A stretch of 30,067 nt of DNA, taken from contig JAADFY010000188.1 in the NCBI GenBank assembly GCA_013152625.1, forward strand, positions 1 to 30,067. Reading direction: 5' to 3'. Below, in pieces: positions 20,063-29,344 of this stretch; within the stretch, counting starts at the first letter, position 1; each line of letters begins with the position of its first letter. Under the pieces are notes generated by a model that searched no databases, had not been told where the DNA came from, and worked only from the letters and a program-made list of their open reading frames with translations. Both the position numbers and the translations under genes were made by a program. The DNA is from Alphaproteobacteria bacterium (GTDB lineage: Bacteria; Pseudomonadota; Alphaproteobacteria; Rhizobiales; Devosiaceae).

Positions 20063-21415
20063 TTACCCTCGTTGGGTCGTTCCTTGCACCTCGGCCCACC
20101 ATTCGGCAGGATCAATGGGTGTGGCAAGGGCGCGCATCTCAATATAAAGAGTTGGGCGCGACATACCAGCACTGGTCGCGACGGTTTGACCAGATGTGCG
20201 CGACCCCATTCTGCCGATAGGTTCGCCCATTAGCACAAACTGACGCAATTCGACATCTGTAGTATCCATTCCGGCCAGCAATATCGTGTAGCCGAGCCCC
20301 GCATCAAGAATAACGATCTGCTCAAAACCCAAAAACGGTCCGGAATAAATCACCCAGCCATCCGCCGGGGCCAGAACCGGCGCCTCGGCTCGGGTGACAA
20401 TCGAAATGCCACGGGAGGTGCCGCCGAAACCATCGGCCCCGTCAAAATCAGTGATGCGCACGCCGCTGACCGGCAAGGTCAGATAACCTCTGGCGCTGGT
20501 AATGGGCACCGCCGGTTCCTGGCGCTCCATGTTGTTGAAGGCCAGTCTTATGGTTTCAGGGGCCAGCATCGAGACGGTGGCCGCCGTTGCATCAGCGGCA
20601 AGGGCGGTGTCGGGGTCAACGGCTGCAATGCTCTCATTCCCGGCGATCACTTTGATCAACTGGTCAAGGGAGGTGGCGTTGGCGGCCAGTATTTCGGACT
20701 GACGCTGCTCGGTCACCAAATCAGCCTCGGCCCGGACGACCCCGCGCCGGCGCGCTTCGATCAGTGCGGCGATACGCACCTGCTCTTCGTTCAGGGTTGC
20801 AATATTGGCCTGCAATCCCGCCTCCTGGCTCAGGACTTCCCTACGGACCACTTCAAGCTGGCCAAGCTCGGCAATAATCGTGTCGGCCTGCTCGCGCAAC
20901 TGGGGCAATACCGCCGACAACAACATGGCCGACCGGGCCGAATCAAGGGCTTCTCCGGGGCGAATGATCAGGGCGGGCGGCGGATTTTGCCCAAGGCGCT
21001 GCAAGGCGCCCAAAATGCCATTTATTTCGCTGTCCCGGGTGCCGAGCTGATCAAGAATGGTCTGTTCTGCCGCCCGTAGCTCGGTCAGGCGCCCGGCCAC
21101 TTCAGCCGCTTCGATTTCCACCGCCTGCACCCGGCGCCCGGTGGCGATCAGTTCAGCGGATAACCGGTTGCGGTCGGTGCCCAGCGCCTCGACCTCGGCC
21201 CGCAGTTGCCCGGTGCGTTCCGCCGACAGGGTAATGGCTTCCTGTACCCGGTCGAGGGCTGAAAGGGCTTCGGTTCTGGTTGACGGGCTGGGCCCCTGCG
21301 CCACGGGTTGACCACCAAGGGGCAACAACACCAAAAATCCGACCAGAATTACCCACGCGATCGGCGGTGCGTGCGCACACAACCTTGCTCGTCGATCGAT
21401 CATTGTGTTGGGCAT
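20063..21415 (-). CDS. envC: Murein hydrolase activator EnvC-like (coiled coil plus degenerate M23 domain)
   Basis: Hydrophobic N-terminus, long coiled coil, and a C-terminal LytM-like region (GISIVTRAEAPVLAPADGWVIYSGPF...ILLAGMD...PTLYIEMR...PIDPAEWW) lacking the HxxxD/HxH zinc motifs. Lies upstream of ctpA. Confidence 0.8.
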   Translation of the reverse strand: MPNTMIDRRARLCAHAPPIAWVILVGFLVLLPLGGQPVAQGPSPSTRTEALSALDRVQEAITLSAERTGQLRAEVEALGTDRNRLSAELIATGRRVQAVEIEAAEVAGRLTELRAAEQTILDQLGTRDSEINGILGALQRLGQNPPPALIIRPGEALDSARSAMLLSAVLPQLREQADTIIAELGQLEVVRREVLSQEAGLQANIATLNEEQVRIAALIEARRRGVVRAEADLVTEQRQSEILAANATSLDQLIKVIAGNESIAAVDPDTALAADATAATVSMLAPETIRLAFNNMERQEPAVPITSARGYLTLPVSGVRITDFDGADGFGGTSRGISIVTRAEAPVLAPADGWVIYSGPFLGFEQIVILDAGLGYTILLAGMDTTDVELRQFVLMGEPIGRMGSRTSGQTVATSAGMSRPTLYIEMRALATPIDPAEWWAEVQGTTQRG

Positions 21416-21523
21416 GGATATATCCCGGCCATTGCGATTCGCGCTTGGTTTACATAACCAATCGGGCGGTTTGCGGGCATAGCGAACCTTGTATTTGAAG
21501 CAAACTTTTATTGTTACAGGGAT

Positions 21524-22009
21524 TTAGTCACGGTGATAGGGATGGCCGGCCAGGATCGTGGTTGTCCGATAGAGCTGCTCGGCCAGCATGACCCGAAGCA
21601 GTTGATGGGGCCAGCTCATGCGCCCAAGCGCCAAGGTCCAGTCGGCCCGGGACCGGACGTTTTCGTCCAGACCGTCCGGACCGCCAATGATAAAGGTGGT
21701 GGCAAGGCGGCCATCATCGCGAAGACCGCCGATCCGGGTGGCGATTTGGCGGCTGGTGGCGTGGGCGCCACGCTCGTCCAGAGCAATGACAAAACCGGCG
21801 TCGGCAAGATGCTCAAGAATTTTGTGGCCCTCGGCGCGCTGCCGGTCGGCGGCTCTTGGGTTGCGGGCTTCCATAATTTCGCGCAACCCAAAGCCGGAAA
21901 GCGAGACCCGGCGGCCCATGGCCACCGCCCGCTCGAGATAGGTGTCTACCAGTGAACGTTCGGCGCCCGCCTTCATGCGACCCACCGCGACAATATCGAT
22001 GCGCATCAT
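21524..22009 (-). CDS. rlmH: 23S rRNA pseudouridine-1915 N3-methyltransferase
   Basis: MRIDIVAVGRMK, IALDERG, FIIGGPDGL, SWPHQLLRVMLAEQLYR and GHPYHRD; follows rsfS. Confidence 0.95.
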   Translation of the reverse strand: MMRIDIVAVGRMKAGAERSLVDTYLERAVAMGRRVSLSGFGLREIMEARNPRAADRQRAEGHKILEHLADAGFVIALDERGAHATSRQIATRIGGLRDDGRLATTFIIGGPDGLDENVRSRADWTLALGRMSWPHQLLRVMLAEQLYRTTTILAGHPYHRD

Positions 22010-22023
22010 TTTTTGGGGTCTTT

Positions 22024-22416
22024 TCAGGTATCGGCGGAAATGTCAGCGGCCCACATTTTTTCCAGATTGTAAAACGCGCGCACCTCGGGACGGAAAATAT
22101 GCACAATGACGTCGCCGGCATCCACCAGCACCCAGTCGCAGCCGCGCAATCCTTCAACCCGCGCCCGCCCGAAACCCCGCTCCCGCAGGGCCCGGGCCAC
22201 CCGGTCGGCCACCGCCCCCACATGACGGTGAGAGCGGCCCGAAGTGACCACCATATGGTCGGTCAGACTTGATTTTCCGGTCACATCGATCGTGACGGTG
22301 TCCTCGGCCTTGGCATCGTCAATGGCCTCCAGAACGGTATCGATCATGGATTTTGCTTTTTTTTGAGAAATTTTGTTCCGAGTAGGGGCATCCGTCTGCC
22401 GGTCAACGCCGGTCAT
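22024..22416 (-). CDS. rsfS: Ribosome silencing factor
   Basis: IDDAKAEDTVTIDV, DHMVVTSGRSHRHVGAVAD, DWVLVDAGDVIVHIFRPEVRAFYNLEKMW. Start uncertain (22476, 22416 or 22347). Confidence 0.92.
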   Translation of the reverse strand: MTGVDRQTDAPTRNKISQKKAKSMIDTVLEAIDDAKAEDTVTIDVTGKSSLTDHMVVTSGRSHRHVGAVADRVARALRERGFGRARVEGLRGCDWVLVDAGDVIVHIFRPEVRAFYNLEKMWAADISADT

Positions 22417-22566
22417 GCAATCGACATCGTTGCCGGTGCGCCTGGCTGGCCGCCCATGGGGGCGATCAAGTAACACTTCATGTCAGGTCACGTTCCTTTG
22501 CCTTTGCGCCCTCGAACCCCGGGGGGCGGGGGGAAGATTCCATAATGCGCCCCTCAATTCAACAGA

Positions 22567-23214
22567 TCAAGCCTGTGGGTAGTGATCACGGGTGGCGGTG
22601 GCGGCACGCAACGCCGTGGAAGACAGTTCGGACATGATCCCGTGTAGAAAAACCCAGGCCGGCGCCTGGCGCCCGGCCAGAGTTGGTGCGAGCGCTTCGG
22701 GGATGCGAAACCGCGCCAGGGCATGGGCGGCGGGGGAAAACGGTGCCGTACGGGCCGATCCGGGTCTTGTGTATATGGCAATGGGCACCAGCCGGGCAAT
22801 GTCCTGCCAGCGTTCCCAGAGATGAAAGCTGGCCAGGTTGTCCGCCCCCATGATCCATACGAATTGCCGGTCGGCGAGGGTATTGCGCAAAAAATGCAGG
22901 GTCTGAAAACTGGTCTTAAATCCCCGCGCCGCCTCAAACCCAGTCACCCGGACCCTTGGGTGATCAATGATCTTGCGGGCCATGGCCACCCGGGCGGCCA
23001 GCGGGGCGAGTTCGGAATGGTCTTTTAGCGGATTGCCCGGACTGACCAGCCACCACACCGCGTCGAGCTTTAACCGGCGCAAAGTCTGGCGCGCCACCAG
23101 CCGATGGCCATGATGGGGTGGATTGAAACTGCCGCCAAACAGGCCGATGCGCATGCCCGGCGCCGAACCGGGCAGGCCCAGACCCGCTCCCCTGTTCCAC
23201 AATATCGCGGTCAC
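22567..23214 (-). CDS. nadD: Nicotinate-nucleotide adenylyltransferase
   Basis: GLFGGSFNPPHHGH, WWLVSPGNPLK, WIMGADNL and LSSTALR. Confidence 0.93.
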   Translation of the reverse strand: MTAILWNRGAGLGLPGSAPGMRIGLFGGSFNPPHHGHRLVARQTLRRLKLDAVWWLVSPGNPLKDHSELAPLAARVAMARKIIDHPRVRVTGFEAARGFKTSFQTLHFLRNTLADRQFVWIMGADNLASFHLWERWQDIARLVPIAIYTRPGSARTAPFSPAAHALARFRIPEALAPTLAGRQAPAWVFLHGIMSELSSTALRAATATRDHYPQA

Positions 23215-23230
23215 GGGTGCCGATTTCCGC

Positions 23231-24517
23231 TCAAGGTCGAACCTGGCCCGTGCCGTGCACCAGATATTTGAAACTGGTCAGCTGCTCAACGCCCACCGGG
23301 CCGCGGGCGTGCATTTTGCCGGTGGCAATGCCGATCTCACCGCCCATGCCGAACTGGGCACCGTCGGCAAATTGCGTCGAGGCGTTGTGCATCAGTATGG
23401 CTGAATCCAGCTCGGCAAAAAACCGGGCTACGGCGACCGGATCATCGGCGATGATGGCCTCGGTGTGCTGGGAGGAATTGGCAGCTATATGGACGATGGC
23501 TCCATTAACCCCCTCGACCACCGCTACTGAAATAATTGCTTCGTTGTATTCCGTGGTCCAGTCGGCTTTGGTTGCAGGTACGGCGCCGTCGATCATGGCG
23601 ACAACGGTTTCGTCGCCGCGCACTTCGCAGCCCGCCGCCATCAGCGCCTCGCAGATCGGGGCCAAATGGGTGTCGATTGCGGCTCGGTCCACCAACAGTG
23701 TTTCCGCCGTGCCGCAAATGCTGGTACGGCGCATTTTGGCATTCAAAGTGACGGCAACGGCCATTTCCAGATCGGCGCTTTTATCCACATAGACATGGCA
23801 GATGCCTTCAAGATGGGCAAAAACCGGCACCCGTGCCTCCGCTTTTACCCGCGCCACCAGCCCCTTGCCGCCCCGGGGCACAATCACATCAATGGCCCCG
23901 TCCAACCCCCCCAGCATTTCCCCCACGGCGGCCCGGTCGGTGGTGGGCACCAGCTGGATCGCCGCCGGGGGCAACCCGGCCTGCTCCAGCCCTTCAACCA
24001 GAGCGCGGTGAATGGCTGTGGAGGAATAAAAACTGTCCGAACCGCCACGCAGGATCGCCGCATTGCCTGCTTTCAGGCATAATGCGCCGGCGTCTGCGGT
24101 CACGTTGGGACGGCTTTCAAATATAATGCCGATCACCCCAAGGGGGGTGCGCACCCGCTGGATATGCAGCCCGCTGGGCACTTCCCAACTGGCAATGATC
24201 TCGCCCACCGGGTCGGCCAGTTCACTAATGGCAAAAACCCCGTCCGCCATGTCTTTGATGCGCGTTTCGTTCAGTTCGAGCCGGTCCAGAAAAGCAGGCG
24301 TCAAGCCGCGCTGCTCGCCCGCCGCCATATCCCGGGCATTGGCGGCTAGAATGGCAGTTTGGGTATTTTTCAAGATTTTTGCCGCCGCGGCCAGCGCTGC
24401 GGACTTGGCCGCCGGTGCGGCAACGGCCAGTTCCCGGGCCGCAGAACTGGCGTTGGCGCCGATTTGTGCCATGAGGGATGAAATATCACCGGGAGTGTCA
24501 CCAGGATTTACGGACAT
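23231..24517 (-). CDS. proA: Glutamate-5-semialdehyde dehydrogenase
   Basis: [58 protein letters not shown] and [14 protein letters not shown]. Confidence 0.96.
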   Translation of the reverse strand: MSVNPGDTPGDISSLMAQIGANASSAARELAVAAPAAKSAALAAAAKILKNTQTAILAANARDMAAGEQRGLTPAFLDRLELNETRIKDMADGVFAISELADPVGEIIASWEVPSGLHIQRVRTPLGVIGIIFESRPNVTADAGALCLKAGNAAILRGGSDSFYSSTAIHRALVEGLEQAGLPPAAIQLVPTTDRAAVGEMLGGLDGAIDVIVPRGGKGLVARVKAEARVPVFAHLEGICHVYVDKSADLEMAVAVTLNAKMRRTSICGTAETLLVDRAAIDTHLAPICEALMAAGCEVRGDETVVAMIDGAVPATKADWTTEYNEAIISVAVVEGVNGAIVHIAANSSQHTEAIIADDPVAVARFFAELDSAILMHNASTQFADGAQFGMGGEIGIATGKMHARGPVGVEQLTSFKYLVHGTGQVRP

Positions 24518-24537
24518 GATCGTGTTCTTTCTCGCGG

Positions 24538-25704
24538 TTATTTCTCGGAGTAGACAAGCACCAGATTGTCAGCATGGACCAGTTCGGTGCGATGCCCCGG
24601 CCCAAACATTTTAGAAATTTCGGGGCCCTTTTTGCCCATGGCCTTTGTGGCCTCGTTGCTGCCAAGCCCGGCCAGGCCCCGGGCCAGTTCGGTGGCATCC
24701 GGGCCGACAATAGAGATCGGATCGCCCCGTGAAAAGTCTCCGGAAACATGACGAACGCCAACAGGCAACAAGCTTTTGCCTTTTTTGAGCGCTTCGGCGG
24801 CGCCGGGATCGATGGTGACGGTGCCGGCCACCTGCAATGCCCCCAAAATCCAGCGCTTGCGGGCGGCCCGGGTTGCCGGATCGGGGACAAACAACGTGTG
24901 CCGACCGCCCTTCATCAAACCGGCCAGCGGGTGTAATTTTGTGCCTTTGGCAATGAGCATTGCGGTGCCCGATTTTGTGGCGGTCTGGGCGGCGGCCAGC
25001 TTGGTCACCATGCCGCCCCTTGCGTTATTGTTGCTGGTGGTGCCGGCCATGGCCAGGATCTGCGGGGTGATTTTTTCAACCCGGGGCACATGACGGGCCG
25101 GACTGGTGCCTTTGGCCGCCTGATCGGGCGGTGCGTCATAGAGGCCATCGACATCTGAGAGAATTACCAAGGCATCAGCCTCGACCATGGCGGCCACCCG
25201 GGCCGACAGCCGGTCATTGTCGCCATACCGGATTTCGGCGGTGGCCACGCTGTCGTTTTCGTTGATTACCGGCACCGCACCCAGCTCAAGCAGGGTGTTG
25301 ATGGAGGTGCGGGCATTTAAGAAATAGCGCCGTTCTTCGGTAATGTTGGGGGTGATGAGAATTTGACCGGCGGCAAGGTCGTGGGCCTGCAGGGCGCTGG
25401 CCCAGGCCTGCCCGAGGGCGATCTGGCCAACGCTGGCGGCGGCCTGTGATTGCTCCAGGGCGAGCGCGCCGGACCTCAGCCCCAGTATACCCCGGCCAAG
25501 GGCGATGGCCCCCGAGGATACGACCAGCAGCTCAAACCCGTTTTGCCGGAGGGCAAAAATGTCGGCACACAGGCTTTCCAGCCAGCTTTGCTTCAAGGTG
25601 CCGGTCAGATCGTTGACCAGAAGAGCCGAGCCGATTTTTATGGTGATGCGTTTGAAGCGGGCCAGCGGATTTAGCGTTTTTGTGTTGTGGGTAGGACTAC
25701 TCAT
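24538..25704 (-). CDS. proB: Glutamate 5-kinase
   Basis: [52 protein letters not shown] and a C-terminal PUA domain. ATG 25704 chosen; alternative GTG 25713. Confidence 0.95.
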   Translation of the reverse strand: MSSPTHNTKTLNPLARFKRITIKIGSALLVNDLTGTLKQSWLESLCADIFALRQNGFELLVVSSGAIALGRGILGLRSGALALEQSQAAASVGQIALGQAWASALQAHDLAAGQILITPNITEERRYFLNARTSINTLLELGAVPVINENDSVATAEIRYGDNDRLSARVAAMVEADALVILSDVDGLYDAPPDQAAKGTSPARHVPRVEKITPQILAMAGTTSNNNARGGMVTKLAAAQTATKSGTAMLIAKGTKLHPLAGLMKGGRHTLFVPDPATRAARKRWILGALQVAGTVTIDPGAAEALKKGKSLLPVGVRHVSGDFSRGDPISIVGPDATELARGLAGLGSNEATKAMGKKGPEISKMFGPGHRTELVHADNLVLVYSEK

Positions 25705-25713
25705 GGGGAGCAC

Positions 25714-26757
25714 TCATGGGGCCCAATCCGGTGCCATTTGTTCACGGACCGCTTTTGTCTTTTTCGATTTTTCAGCATCGATTGCCGCAACGATTCCATA
25801 AAGCACAGCCTCTATGCCGGTTCCCGCCACGCCGGAGACCGGCAGCACCGGGCGACCGGTCAGCGCAACAAGTGTTTTGGTTTTAGCGCTTATGGCTTCA
25901 TCGTCCAAAGCATCGATCTTGTTTAAGGCGATAATTTCGAGTTTGTCGGCCAACCCGTGTCCATAGGCGGCCAGTTCGCCTCGAATGGTTGTATAGTCAG
26001 CGCCCACGTCGTCCCCGGTGGCATCCACGAGATGGATCAGCACGCCGCACCGTTCCACATGGCCCAAAAACCGGTCGCCGATCCCCGCCCCCTCATGGGC
26101 GCCTTCGATCAGGCCGGGAATATCGGCAAGGACAAAATCCCGGGTGCCGATTTTAACCACCCCCAGATTGGGGTGCAGGGTGGTGAAGGGATAGTCGGCA
26201 ATTTTTGGTTTTGCCGCCGAAACGGCGGCCAGAAATGTCGATTTTCCGGCATTGGGCAGGCCGACAAGCCCGGCGTCGGCAATCAGTTTAAGGCGCAGCC
26301 AGATGGTTTGCTCGGTGCCCTCAAGCCCCGGATTGGCCCGGCGCGGCGCCTGATTGGTGGATGATTTGAAATGGGCATTGCCAAAACCGCCATTGCCCCC
26401 TTCAAGCAACCGGGCTCGATCTCCCACTTTGGCTAAATCCACCAGCAAACGTTCATTATCTTCTGCAAAGACCTGAGTGCCCGCCGGCACCTTGAGCACC
26501 GCATCATGGCCGGCAGCACCGGCCCGGTTTTTGCCCATGCCGTGCACACCGGTGCCGGCCTTGAAATGGCGCTCAAACCGGTAGTCGATCAGGGTGTTCA
26601 GACCATCAACACATTCCACCCACACCGAGCCGCCCTTGCCGCCGTTGCCGCCGTCCGGGCCGCCGAATTCGACATATTTCTCCCGCCGGAACGAAACGCT
26701 TCCCGCGCCGCCATTGCCGGACCGGATATCAACTTTAGCAGAATCGAGGAATTTCAC
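25714..26757 (-). CDS. obgE: GTPase ObgE
   Basis: [61 protein letters not shown] and NKID. GTG start at 26757 with GAGGA upstream. Confidence 0.96.
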   Translation of the reverse strand: MKFLDSAKVDIRSGNGGAGSVSFRREKYVEFGGPDGGNGGKGGSVWVECVDGLNTLIDYRFERHFKAGTGVHGMGKNRAGAAGHDAVLKVPAGTQVFAEDNERLLVDLAKVGDRARLLEGGNGGFGNAHFKSSTNQAPRRANPGLEGTEQTIWLRLKLIADAGLVGLPNAGKSTFLAAVSAAKPKIADYPFTTLHPNLGVVKIGTRDFVLADIPGLIEGAHEGAGIGDRFLGHVERCGVLIHLVDATGDDVGADYTTIRGELAAYGHGLADKLEIIALNKIDALDDEAISAKTKTLVALTGRPVLPVSGVAGTGIEAVLYGIVAAIDAEKSKKTKAVREQMAPDWAP

Positions 26758-26868
26758 GCTGTCCTCCAATGCACTGTGCCGTCTTTGGCTGTGGCGGGCT
26801 TCTGATCCACACGCTGGTGGCCGGTTCGGGGCGTCCGCCGGGGCCGGACATTTAAGGTGGAGCGTGGA

Positions 26869-26896
26869 TGTATAAAATGTGCCCGGTGCAGCGCAA
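26869..26896 (-). promoter_or_regulatory. Possible internal sigma70-type promoter for obgE-proBA
   Basis: TTGCGC-N16-TATACA on the minus strand within the 226-bp GNAT-obgE gap. Pattern match only. Confidence 0.3.
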
Positions 26897-26983
26897 GTGC
26901 GCGGTCGTTTAACCGTGAGATTATGGTTTGGGCGGTGATTGGGCGGGCGGTGGGGGAAACCCGCCGCATGACTTGAAGAGGGG

Positions 26984-27526
26984 TCATCTTGCAACCGGAT
27001 GGAAAATGGTGCCGAAGGTGCACACCCCGACGCCCTTGTGGACCCCGCAATCGTCAATCCCTTCATACTCCAGTTCCAGCCCCGCTTTTTCCAGCACCCG
27101 GCGCGACCCGGCATTGATGGACAGGGCCTGGGCGCGAATTGCTCGTGCGCCGGTGGCGCGCACTGCCGATATCAGTGCGATCGCAATTTCGGTGGCAAAT
27201 CCATTGCCCCAAAAGGTCTCGCCGATCCAGTATCCCAGTTCGGGGGTCTTGCCGGCCCCGAATTGCAGGCCGGCCACGCCCACCATGGTGCCGTCCCAGT
27301 CGATGGCATAGGCGTGATGATCGCCCGACCGGGCGATGGACTGGATGAAATGAATGGCATCTTCGGAGGTATAGGGGTGGGGCAGGCGGGCCAGCATCCG
27401 GTGAATCTTGATGTTGTTGGCCAGCTCGGTCAACGCTGCCACATCGCCCATAACCGGGCGCCGCAAAACCAACCGTGGCGTGGGTATGGTGTCCGGCAGC
27501 CGTGCTGCCAGTTCAAGAGTGCCCAT
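26984..27526 (-). CDS. GNAT family N-acetyltransferase (RimJ/RimL-like)
   Basis: [34 protein letters not shown] and [17 protein letters not shown] lies 8 nt before ATG 27526. Confidence 0.9.
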   Translation of the reverse strand: MGTLELAARLPDTIPTPRLVLRRPVMGDVAALTELANNIKIHRMLARLPHPYTSEDAIHFIQSIARSGDHHAYAIDWDGTMVGVAGLQFGAGKTPELGYWIGETFWGNGFATEIAIALISAVRATGARAIRAQALSINAGSRRVLEKAGLELEYEGIDDCGVHKGVGVCTFGTIFHPVAR

Positions 27527-27542
27527 TTTTCGTGCCTCCCGC

Positions 27543-27579
27543 AAAAAAAACGAAGGGGAGCCGGTTTCCCGCTCCCCTT
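27543..27579 (-). terminator. Rho-independent terminator after rplU-rpmA
   Basis: Minus strand: 9-bp stem aaggggagc / gctcccctt, 9-nt loop, then cg and T8. Confidence 0.75.
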
Positions 27580-27657
27580 GCATCGGCCTTTTTGCTGGCC
27601 TTTCAGCGAACCGCCGGGGTGTGGGTCACCGGCGGTATGTTTTTGCTCATCCGCCGT

Positions 27658-27924
27658 CTATTGAGCCGCTTTTGGCGCTTCGACCGATACATAGGTCTTG
27701 CCGCCGGCGCGGGTCGAGAACAGTACGTGGCCCTCAATAAGGGCAAAAATCGTGTGATCCCGGCCTAAACCCACATTTTCGCCCGGTCGCCATTTGGTGC
27801 CCCGCTGCCGAATAATAATATTGCCGGCGGCCACCGCTTCGCCGCCAAATTTCTTGACCCCGAGGCGCCGCCCGGCGGTGTCGCGGCCATTGCGGGATGA
27901 GCCGCCTGCTTTTTTATGTGCCAT
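27658..27924 (-). CDS. rpmA: 50S ribosomal protein L27
   Basis: [15 protein letters not shown]...RLGVKKFGG...[10 protein letters not shown]. Confidence 0.98.
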   Translation of the reverse strand: MAHKKAGGSSRNGRDTAGRRLGVKKFGGEAVAAGNIIIRQRGTKWRPGENVGLGRDHTIFALIEGHVLFSTRAGGKTYVSVEAPKAAQ

Positions 27925-27930
27925 GAGGTC

Positions 27931-28608
27931 TTACTCCTTGGGGTTCGATGTTGCGGCAGATTTGTTTGCGGCAGATTTGGCACGGGGCGGTTTGCCAGCC
28001 AGAAGATCCCTGGCCTGGTCAACCCATTCCTCCCGTTCGATCCGGCCCTTAAAGCTTAGCTCGGCATCGACCCGCTCAATTTCTTCGGGCGTAAATTCCA
28101 CAACCTGCTTTAGGGAAGTGACACCAAGAGCGTTGAGTTTTTTCTCAAGTGCCGGCCCCACACCTGAGATCAGCTTCAGATCATCGGTGATGGTGCCAGC
28201 ATCCGGTGCGGCATCTTTTGCCGGTGTGGTGGGGGCAGTGGACTTTTTCTCGGGCGCCGGTTTGGCTTTTTTGGCCGCCGGTTTGGGCGTGGCACCGTCG
28301 GTGAGAATCTCGCCGATCCGCACCACAGAGAGTTGCTGACGGTGGCCGGCTTTGCGGCGGTAATTTTTACGGCGCTTCTTTTTGAATACGATGATTTTTT
28401 TGGAACGGGTCTGTTCGAGCAGTTCGGCAATCACCACAGCACCGGCCACAAGGGGCGTGCCCACGGTGGCGCTTTTGCCATCGCCCACCATGAGGACCTG
28501 ATCAAAGGTGATGGTCTGGCCGGCCTCGGCGGGCAGTTTTTCAATTTCCAGTATGTCGTCGGTGGCAACCTTGTATTGCTTGCCGCCCGTCTTGATTATT
28601 GCGAACAT
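27931..28608 (-). CDS. rplU: 50S ribosomal protein L21 with a C-terminal extension
   Basis: [14 protein letters not shown]...[17 protein letters not shown] core, then a K/A/P-rich linker and a helix-hairpin-helix-like module. ATG 28608 with AGGA upstream; 225 aa. Confidence 0.96.
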   Translation of the reverse strand: MFAIIKTGGKQYKVATDDILEIEKLPAEAGQTITFDQVLMVGDGKSATVGTPLVAGAVVIAELLEQTRSKKIIVFKKKRRKNYRRKAGHRQQLSVVRIGEILTDGATPKPAAKKAKPAPEKKSTAPTTPAKDAAPDAGTITDDLKLISGVGPALEKKLNALGVTSLKQVVEFTPEEIERVDAELSFKGRIEREEWVDQARDLLAGKPPRAKSAANKSAATSNPKE

Positions 28609-28834
28609 TTTTACTTTCCTGGTGCGATCAGACGTCCTGGCGCACACTTTGTTGTCGCGTCCTTTGGCGCCACCCTTTTGCGCCCTTTGACCGGCTGGTG
28701 GACTTTTGGTCGGGCCGCATTCGCCCCTGAGCCTGAGACTGCGATGATTTCACACTGGTTTTTGCTGCAACCAGGTTTTGTTGAAAAAACACGAAAATGC
28801 GCCCCGCCTAGGCGGCACGCACCAATAGGGGCGA

Positions 28835-28863
28835 TGTATGGTTGCAAACGGGTTGGGTGTCAA
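28835..28863 (-). promoter_or_regulatory. Putative sigma70 promoter of rplU-rpmA
   Basis: Minus strand (C)TTGACA-N17-CATACA, a perfect -35 hexamer with canonical spacing. Confidence 0.6.
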
Positions 28864-28886
28864 GCATTGCGGCGCTTTGGTGGCCG

Positions 28887-28914
28887 TTGCGCCGTGGGCG
28901 GCCCTATGCCATAA
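28887..28914 (+). promoter_or_regulatory. Possible promoter of tRNA-Ser
   Basis: TTGCGC followed at canonical distance by CCATAA, about 45 nt before the tRNA. Pattern match only. Confidence 0.3.
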
Positions 28915-28959
28915 CGGCGCGCCCCGGAACCGGGGCAGGTGTGCTTTTGCGCAACCTTT

Positions 28960-29049
<90 letters not shown>

Positions 29050-29093
29050 AATTCGTATGCAACATATTGATGGTTTTTAGTATTTTTCGGTGC

Positions 29094-29236
29094 TAGAGCG
29101 ATTTTTGATCCGACTGAATCTGTTCGGTATTCCAACGTGGTGCGCATGCAATTCATCGTTGGTTCCGGCATACGAAGGCCAGCACCAAATTTCCAATGAT
29201 TTACGTCTTCGCGTTGTTGAAGCCCATACGGCCAGG
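29094..29236 (+). mobile_element. Probable truncated left end of an IS630-family element
   Basis: Starts with TA(GAGCG). About 85 nt later a decayed reading frame gives (R)PAP-[+1 nt]-ISNDLRLRVVEAHTA, resembling the SxDLRxRVVxA N-terminal motif of IS630 transposases. There is no intact start codon and no DDE domain follows. Confidence 0.5.
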
Positions 29237-29344
29237 GTGCCTGGATGGTTTTTTGAGCCGCGCGACCTGACCCTGGTCGGGATTGCCGCCCGGCGGGCTG
29301 AACAGGGTCATGTGTTCGCACCTGCCGCGATCTGGCGCCTCCGT

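Noticed and set aside
26940-26968. Hairpin after the GNAT gene as an intrinsic terminator
   Set aside because: The stem is imperfect and no U-tract follows.
26758-27114. N-terminal extensions in the ORF track for obgE (to 27114), and likewise atpH (8087), racemase (16970), ctpA (20172), GNAT (27583) and rplU (28647)
   Set aside because: Family homology begins at downstream starts, most of which have SD-like motifs or a coupled overlap. The extensions overlap neighbouring genes or intergenic signals.
29050-29078. dif-like Xer site after the tRNA (AATTCGTATGC-AACATA-TTGATGGTTTT)
   Set aside because: The left arm matches 8/11 of a XerC-type arm (ATTTCGTATAA), but the right arm matches the conserved XerD arm TTATGTTAAAT poorly at the required 6-bp spacing.
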